Assembly (NCBI RefSeq): GCF_006345805.1
Contig: NC_043010.1
Span: forward strand, 34,782,001-34,846,000
Direction of reading: 5' to 3'
Length of the DNA: 64,000 nucleotides
Origin: Octopus sinensis
Lineage: Eukaryota
Program-made: the position numbers and the translations under genes
The notes under the pieces: generated by a model
Told to the model about the DNA's origin: nothing
Database searches by the model: none
What the model saw: only the letters and a program-made list of their open reading frames with translations
Part shown: piece by piece, positions 55,301-64,000 of the stretch
Layout of the letters: every line of letters starts with the position of its first letter
How positions within the stretch are numbered: the first letter of the stretch is position 1

Positions 55301-58300
55301 ACTTTCTTCTTCAATTTCAACTCCCGCTCGATGACCGCAGCAAGTTCTTAAAAAATTTATCTTACTATATTTTTTTTTTTTTTATTCGTTGTTAATACGT
55401 TTATTCATACACTGTTACGAAAATTTAACCTTTTTTAAGATACTTTCAAGCCTTCGCCATAACTTGATTTATCTTCCTATCTCTCTCTCTACAATATTTA
55501 ACCGCAGGCTGCCTCAAGCCGTAATCCCATCTTTTTCCCATCTTTCAGTCATTGGCGGTCTTCTTTTTTCTTTTTCCTCCTCTTCTTCTTCATATGCTAA
55601 AACTTGAAAACCGCCATTACTATTACTATTACGATTCTGCAATTTAAATTCCCAGTTCAACTACTTTCTTCTTCAATTTCAACTCCCGCTCGATGACCGC
55701 AGCAAGTTCTTAAAAAATTTATCTTACTATATTTTTTTTTATTCGTTGTTAATACGTTTATTCATACACTGTTACGAAAATTTAACCTTTTTTAAGATAC
55801 TTTCAAGCCTTCGCCATAACTTGATTTATCTTCCTATCTCTCTCTCTACAATATTTAACCGCAGGCTGCCTCAAGCCGTAATCCCATCTTTTTCCCATCT
55901 TTCAGTCATTGGCGGTCTTCTTTTTTCTTTTTCCTCCTCTTCTTCTTCATATGCTAAAACTTGAAAACCGCCATTACTATTACTATTACGATTCTGCAAT
56001 TTAAATTCCCAGTTCAACTACTTTCTTCTTCAATTTCAACTCCCGCTCGATGACCGCAGCAAGTTCTTAAAAAATTTATCTTACTATATTTTTTTTTTTT
56101 TTTTGTTTAATACGTTTATTCATACACTGTTACGAAAATTTAACCTTTTTTAAGATACTTTCAAGCCTTCGCCATAACTTGATTTATCTTCCTATCTCTC
56201 TCTCTACAATATTTAACCGCAGGCTGCCTCAAGCCGTAATCCCATCTTTTTCCCATCTTTCAGTCATTGGCGGTCTTCTTTTTTCTTTTTCCTCCTCTTC
56301 TTCTTCATATGCTAAAACTTGAAAACCGCCATACTATTACTATTACGAAAACGCCATTACTATTACTATTACGATTCTGCAATTTAAATTCCCAGTTCAA
56401 CTACTTTCTTCTTCAATTTCAACTCCCGCTCGATGACCGCAGCAAGTTCTTAAAAAATTTATCTTACTATATTTTTTTTTTCGTTCGTTGTTATACGTTT
56501 ATTCATACACTGTTACGAAAATTTAACCTTTTTTAAGATACTTTCAAGCCTTCGCCATAACTTGATTTATCTTCCTATCTCTCTCTCTACAATATTTAAC
56601 CGCAGGCTGCCTCAAGCCGTAATCCCATCTTTTTCCCATCTTTCAGTCATTGGCGGTCTTTTTTTTCTTTTTCCTCCTCTTCTTCTTCATATGCTAAAAC
56701 TTGAAAACCGCCATTACTATTACTATTACGATTCTGCAATTTAAATTCCCAGTTCAACTACTTTCTTCTTCAATTTCAACTCCCGCTCGATGACCGCAGC
56801 AAGTTCTTAAAAAATTTATCTTACTATATTTTTTTTTTTTTTCGTTGTTAATACGTTTATTCATACACTGTTACGAAAATTTAACCTTTTTTAAGATACT
56901 TTCAAGCCTTCGCCATAACTTGATTTATCTTCCTATCTCTCTCTCTACAATATTTAACCGCAGGCTGCCTCAAGCCGTAATCCCATCTTTTTCCCATCTT
57001 TCAGTCATTGGCGGTCTCTTTTTTCTTTTTCCTCCTCTTCTTCTTCATATGCTAAAACTTGAAAACCGCCATTACTATTACTATTACGATTCTGCAATTT
57101 AAATTCCCAGTTCAACTACTTTCTTCTTCAATTTCAACTCCCGCTCGATGATGACCGCAGCAAGTTCTTAAAAAATTTATCTTACTATTTTTTTTTTTTT
57201 TATTCGTTGTTAATACGTTTATTCATACACTGTTACGAAAATTTAACCTTTTTTAAGATACTTTCAAGCCTTCGCCATAACTTGATTTATCTTCCTATCT
57301 CTCTCTCTACAATATTTAACCGCAGGCTGCCTCAAGCCGTAATCCCATCTTTTTCCCATCTTTCAGTCATTGGCGGTCTTCTTTTTTCTTTTTCCTCCTC
57401 TTCTTCTTCATATGCTAAAACTTGAAAACCGCCATTACTATTACTATTACGATTCTGCAATTTAAATTCCCAGTTCAACTACTTTCTTCTTCAATTTCAA
57501 CTCCCGCTCGATGACCGCAGCAAGTTCTTAAAAAATTTATCTTACTATATTTTTTTTTTTTTATTCGTTGTTAATACGTTTATTCATACACTGTTACGAA
57601 AATTTAACCTTTTTTAAGATACTTTCAAGCCTTCGCCATAACTTGATTTATCTTCCTATCTCTCTCTCTACATATTTAACCGCAGGCTGCCTCAAGCCGT
57701 AATCCCATCTTTTTCCCATCTTTCAGTCATTGGCGGTCTTCTTTTTTCTTTTTCCTCCTCTTCTTCTTCATATGCTAAAACTTGAAAACGCCATTACTAT
57801 TACTATTACGATTCTGCAATTTAAATTCCCAGTTCAACTACTTTCTCTTCAATTTCATCAACTCCCGCTCGATGACCGCAGCAAGTTCTTAAAAAATTTA
57901 TCTTACTATATTTTTTTTTTTATTCGTTGTTAATACGTTTATTCATACACTGTTACGAAAATTTAACCTTTTTTAAGATACTTTCAAGCCTTCGCCATAA
58001 CTTGATTTATCTTCCTATCTCTCTCTCTACAATATTTAACCGCAGGCTGCCTCAAGCCGTAATCCCATCTTTTTCCCATCTTTCAGTCATTGGCGGTCTT
58101 CTTTTTTCTTTTTCCTCCTCTTCTTCTTCATATGCTAAAACTTGAAAACCGCCATTATATTACTATTACGAAAACCGCCATTACTATTACTATTACGATT
58201 CTGCAATTTAAATTCCCAGTTCAACTACTTTCTTCTTCAATTTCAACTCCCGCTCGATGACCGCAGCAAGTTCTTAAAAAATTTATCTTACTATTTTTTT

Positions 58301-61300
58301 TTTTTTTATTCGTTGTTAATACGTTTATTCATACACTGTTACGAAAATTTAACCTTTTTAAGATACTTTCAAGCCTTCGCCATAACTTGATTTATCTTCC
58401 TATCTCTCTCTCTACAATATTTAACCGCAGGCTGCCTCAAGCCGTAATCCCATCTTTTTCCCATCTTTCAGTCATTGGCGGTCTTCTTTTTTCTTTTTCC
58501 TCCTCTTCTTCTTCATATGCTAAAACTTGAAAACCGCCATTACTATTACTATTACGATTCTGCAATTTAAATTCCCAGTTCAACTACTTTCTTCTTCAAT
58601 TTCAACTCCCGCTCGATGACCGCAGCAAGTTCTTAAAAAATATTATATTTTTTTTTTTTTTTATTCGTTGTTAATACGTTTATTCATACACTGTTACGAA
58701 AATTTAACCTTTTTTAAGATACTTTCAAGCCTTCGCCATAACTTGATTTATCTTCCTATCTCTCTCTCTACAATATTTAACCGCAGGCTGCCTCAAGCCG
58801 TAATCCCATCTTTTTCCCATCTTTCAGTCATTGGCGGTCTTCTTTTTTTTTTTCCTCTCTTCTTCTTCATATGCTAAAACTTGAAAACCGCCATTACTAT
58901 TACTATTACGATTCTGCAATTTAAATTCCCAGTTCAACTACTTTCTTCTTCAATTTCAACTCCCGCTCGATGACCGCAGCAAGTTCTTAAAAAATTTATC
59001 TTACTATATTTTTTTTTTTTTTCGTTGTTAATACGTTTATTCATACACTGTTACGAAAATTTAACCTTTTTTAAGATACTTTCAAGCCTTCGCCATAACT
59101 TGATTTATCTTCCTATCTCTCTCTCTACAATATTTAACCGCAGGCTGCCTCAAGCCGTAATCCCATCTTTTTCCCATCTTTCAGTCATTGGCGGTCTTCT
59201 TTTTTCTTTTTCCTCCTCTTCTTCTTCATATGCTAAAACTTGAAAACCGCCATTACTATTACTATTACGATTCTGCAATTTAAATTCCCAGTTCAACTAC
59301 TTTCTTCTTCAATTTCAACTCCCGCTCGATGACCGCAGCAAGTTCTTAAAAAATTTATCTTACTATATTTTTTTTTTTTTATTCGTTGTTAATACGTTTA
59401 TTCATACACTGTTACGAAAATTTAACCTTTTTTAAGATACTTTCAAGCCTTCGCCATAACTTGATTTATCTTCCTATCTCTCTCTCTACAATATTTAACC
59501 GCAGGCTGCCTCAAGCCGTAATCCCATCTTTTTCCCATCTTTCAGTCATTGGCGGTCTTCTTTTTTCTTTTCCTCCTCTTCTTCTTCATATGCTAAAACT
59601 TGAAAACCGCCATTACTATTACTATTACGATTCTGCAATTTAAATTCCCAGTTCAACTACTTTCTTCTTCAATTTCAACTCCCGCTCGATGACCGCAGCA
59701 AGTTCTTAAAAAATTTATCTTACTATATTTTTTTTTTTTTATTCGTTGTTAATACGTTTATTCATACACTGTTACGAAAATTTAACCTTTTTTAAGATAC
59801 TTTCAAGCCTTCGCCATAACTTGATTTATCTTCCTATCTCTCTCTCTACAATATTTAACCGCAGGCTGCCTCAAGCCGTAATCCCATCTTTTCCCATCTT
59901 TCAGTCATTGGCGGTCTTCTTTTTTCTTTTTCCTCCTCTTCTTCTTCATATGCTAAAACTTGAAAACCGCCATTACTATTACTATTACGAAAAACCGCCA
60001 TTACTATTACTATTACGATTCTGCAATTTAAATTCCCAGTTCAACTTACTTCTTCAATTTCAACTCCCGCTCGATGACCGCAGCAAGTTCTTAAAAAATT
60101 TATCTTACTATATTTTTTTTTTTTTTATTCGTGTTAATACGTTTATTCATACACTGTTACGAAAATTTAACCTTTTTTAAGATACTTTCAAGCCTTCGCC
60201 ATAACTTGATTTATCTTCCTATCTCTCTCTCTACAATATTTAACCGCAGGCTGCCTCAAGCCGTAATCCCATCTTTTTCCCATCTTTCAGTCATTGGCGG
60301 TCTTCTTTTTTCTTTTTCCTCCTCTTCTTCTTCATATGCTAAAACTTGAAAACCGCCATTACTATTACTATTACGATTCTGCAATTTAAATCCCAGTTCA
60401 ACTACTTTCTTCTTCAATTTCAACTCCCGCTCGATGACCGCAGCAAGTTCTTAAAAAATTTATCTTACTATATTTTTTTTTTTTTATTCGTTGTTAATAC
60501 GTTTATTCATACACTGTTACGAAAATTTAACCTTTTTTAAGATACTTTCAAGCCTTCGCCATAACTTGATTTATCTTCCTATCTCTCTCTCTACAATATT
60601 TAACCGCAGGCTGCCTCAAGCCGTAATCCCATCTTTTTCCCATCTTTCAGTCATTGGCGGTCTTCTTTTTTCTTTTTCCTCCTCTTCTTCTTCATATGCT
60701 AAAACTTGAAAACCGCCATTACTATTACTATTACGATTCTGCAATTTAAATTCCCAGTTCAACTACTTTCTTCTTCAATTTCAACTCCCGCTCGATGACC
60801 GCAGCAAGTTCTTAAAAAATTTATCTTACTATATTTTTTTTTTTTTTATTCGTTGTTAATACGTTTATTCATACACTGTTACGAAAATTTAACCTTTTTA
60901 AGATACTTTCAAGCCTTCGCCATAACTTGATTTATCTTCCTATCTCTCTCTCTACAATATTTAACCGCAGGCTGCCTCAAGCCGTAATCCCATCTTTTTC
61001 CCATCTTTCAGTCATTGGCGGTCTTCTTTTTTTTTCTTTTTCCTCCTCTTCTTCTTCATATGCTAAAACTTGAAAACCGCCATTACTATTACTATTACGA
61101 AAACCGCCATTACTATTACTATTACGATTCTGCAATTTAAATTCCCAGTTCAACTACTTTCTTCTTCAATTTCAACTCCCGCTCGATGACCGCAGCAAGT
61201 TCTTAAAAAATTTATCTTACTACTATATTTTTTTTTTTTTTCGTTGTTAATACGTTTATTCATACACTGTTACGAAAATTTAACCTTTTTTAAGATACTT

Positions 61301-64000
61301 TCAAGCCTTCGCCATAACTTGATTTATCTTCCTATCTCTCTCTCTACAATATTTAACCGCAGGCTGCCTCAAGCCGTAATCCCATCTTTTTCCCATCTTT
61401 CAGTCATTGGCGGTCTTCTTTTTTCTTTTTCCTCCTCTTCTTCTTCATATGCTAAAACTTGAAAACCGCCATTACTATTACTATTACGATTCTGCAATTT
61501 AAATTCCCAGTTCAACTACTTTCTTCTTCAATTTCAACTCCCGCTCGATGACCGCAGCAAGTTCTTAAAAAATTTATCTTACTATATTTTTTTTTTTTTT
61601 TATTCGTTGTTAATACGTTTATTCATACACTGTTACGAAAAATTAACCTTTTTAAGATACTTTCAAGCCTTCGCCATAACTTGATTTATCTTCCTATCTC
61701 TCTCTCTACAATATTTAACCGCAGGCTGCCTCAAGCCGTAATCCCATCTTTTTCCCATCTTTCAGTCATTGGCGGTCTTCTTTTTTCTTTTTCCTCCTCT
61801 TCTTCTTCATATGCTAAAACTTGAAAACCGCCATTACTATTACTATTACGATTCTGCAATTTAAATTCCCAGTTCAACTACTTTCTCTTCTTCAATTTCA
61901 ACTCCCGCTCGATGACCGCAGCAAGTTCTTAAAAAATTATCTTACTATATTTTTTTTTTTTTTATTCGTTGTTAATACGTTTATTCATACACTGTTACGA
62001 AAATTTAACCTTTTTTAAGATACTTTCAAGCCTTCGCCATAACTTGATTTATCTTCCTATCTCTCTCTCTACAATATTTAACCGCAGGCTGCCTCAAGCC
62101 GTAATCCCATCTTTTTCCCATCTTTCAGTCATTGGCGGTCTTCTTTTTTTTTTTCTTTTTCCTCCTCTTCTTCTTCATATGCTAAAACTTGAAAACCGCC
62201 ATTACTATTACTATTACGATTCTGCAATTTAAATTCCCAGTTCAACTACTTTCTTCTTCAATTTCAACTCCCGCTCGATGACCGCAGCAAGTTCTTAAAA
62301 AATTTATCTTACTATATTTTTTATTCGTTGTTAATACGTTTATTCATACACTGTTACGAAAATTTAACCTTTTTTAAGATACTTTCAAGCCTTCGCCATA
62401 ACTTGATTTATCTTCCTATCTCTCTCTCTACAATATTTAACCGCAGGCTGCCTCAAGCCGTAATCCCATCTTTTTCCCATCTTTCAGTCATTGGCGGTCT
62501 TCTTTTTTTTTTTCTTTTTCCTCCTCTTCTTCTTCATATGCTAAAACTTGAAAACCGCCATTACTATTACTATTACGATTCTGCAATTTAAATTCCCAGT
62601 TCAACTACTTTCTTCTTCAATTTCAACTCCCGCTCGATGACCGCAGCAAGTTCTTAAAAAATTTATCTACTATATTTTTTTTTTTTTTTATTCGTTGTTA
62701 ATACGTTTATTCATACACTGTTACGAAAATTTAACCTTTTTTAAGATACTTTCAAGCCTTCGCCATAACTTGATTTATCTTCCTATCTCTCTCTCTACAA
62801 TATTTAACCGCAGGCTGCCTCAAGCCGTAATCCCATCTTTTTCCCATCTTTCAGTCATTGGCGGTCTTCTTTTTTTTTTCTTTTTCCTCCTCTTCTTCTT
62901 CATGCTAAAACTTGAAAACCGCCATTACTATTACTATTACGAAAAACCGCCATTACTATTACTATTACGATTCTGCAATTTAAATTCCCAGTTCAACTAC
63001 TTTCTTCTTCAATTTCAACTCCCCCTCGATGACCGCAGCAAGTTCTTAAAAAATTTATCTTACTATATTTTTTTTTTTTTTTTATTCGTTGTTAATACGT
63101 TTATTCATACACTGTTACGAAAATTTAACCTTTTTTAAGATACTTTCAAGCCTTCGCCATAACTTGATTTATCTTCCTACTCTCTCTCTACAATATTTAA
63201 ACCGGCAGGCTGCCTCAAGCCGTAATCCCATCTTTTTCCCATCTTTCAGTCATTGCGGTCTGCGTCTTTTTTCTTTTTTTCCTCCTCTTCTTCTTCTTCA
63301 TATGCTAAAACTTGAAAACCGCCATTACTATTACTATTACGATTCTGCAATTTAAATTCCCAGTTCAACTACTTTCTTCTTCAATTTCAACTCCCGCTCG
63401 ATGACCGCAGCAAGTTCTTAAAAAATTTATCTTACTATATTTTTTTTTTTTTTTATTCGTTGTTAATACGTTATTCATACACTGTTACGAAAATTTAACC
63501 TTTTTTAAGATACTTTCAAGCCTTCGCCATAACTTGATTTATCTTCCTATCTCTCTCTCTACAATATTTAACCGCAGGCTGCCTCAAGCCGTAATCCCAT
63601 CTTTTTCCCATCTTCAGTGGATTGCGTCTTCTTTTTTCTTTTTCCTCCTCTTCTTCTTCATATGCTAAAACTTGAAAACCGCCATTACTATTACTATTAC
63701 GATTCTGCAATTTAAATTCCCAGTTCAACTACTTTCTTCTTCAATTTCAACTCCCGCTCGATGACCGCAGCAAGTTCTTAAAAAATTTATCTTACTATAT
63801 TTTTTTTTTTTTTTTATTCGTTGTTAATACGTTTATTCATACACTGTTACGAAAATTTAACCTTTTTTAAGATACTTTCAAGCCTTCGCCATAACTTGAT
63901 TTATCTTCCTATCTCTCTCTCTACAATATTTAACCGCAGGCTGCCTCAAGCCGTAATCCCATCTTTTTCCCATCTTTCAGTCATTGGCGGTCTTCTTTTT
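49356..64000. repeat. Homogeneous ~360-bp tandem satellite array (40 complete units + start of 41st; continues past window)
   Basis: tcattggcgg unit starts at 49361, 49725, 50086, 50451, 50806, 51161, 51519 ... 63981. Units differ almost only in poly-T length, small indels and a ~27-bp internal duplication in 8 units. Confidence 0.99.

Noticed and set aside
49565-63728. Repeated 72-147 aa ORFs (MLIRLFIHCYEN...)
   Set aside because: They start at TTG/GTG, not ATG, and their frames and ends change with homopolymer length. By-products of the satellite.
49356-64000. CRISPR array or tandem RNA-gene cluster (5S, U snRNA, SL RNA, tRNA)
   Set aside because: No unique spacers, eukaryotic context, and no recognisable U1/U2/U6/5S/tRNA sequence or Pol III A/B boxes in the monomer.

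Overview
Eukaryotic (metazoan) genomic DNA: AT-rich, dense in (TA)n/(CA)n/(AAT)n/(GAT)n microsatellites and tRNA-type SINEs. The repeat families resemble those of octopus/coleoid cephalopods (inference from recognition, not a database hit). One host gene is clearly visible on the minus strand: a 3,679-bp internal coding exon (35057->31379) with canonical splice sites, encoding a low-complexity, motif-rich, probably disordered region I cannot name. A probable 53-bp exon follows after an 86-bp intron. The rest of 1-49 kb is intron-like. It holds a full-length dead DD34D mariner (24289-25562), a fragmented R4/Dong-type RLE non-LTR retrotransposon (~38.9-41.3 kb), hAT and Tc1/mariner MITEs, an inverted pair of Helentron/HINE-like elements, Penelope-type terminal fragments carrying hammerhead-ribozyme-like motifs, and head-to-tail SINE trains. 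From 49356 to the window end lies a very homogeneous ~360-bp satellite (40 full units plus the start of a 41st). It has an internal inverted repeat, unusual CpG retention and a variant unit recurring mostly every 5 monomers (incipient higher-order repeat). Several perfect local duplications look like template-switch products: a 127-bp palindrome, a 32-bp inverted copy and a 60-bp direct copy. Almost all short ORFs in the supplied track are microsatellite or satellite artefacts. All coordinates and counts were done by hand.
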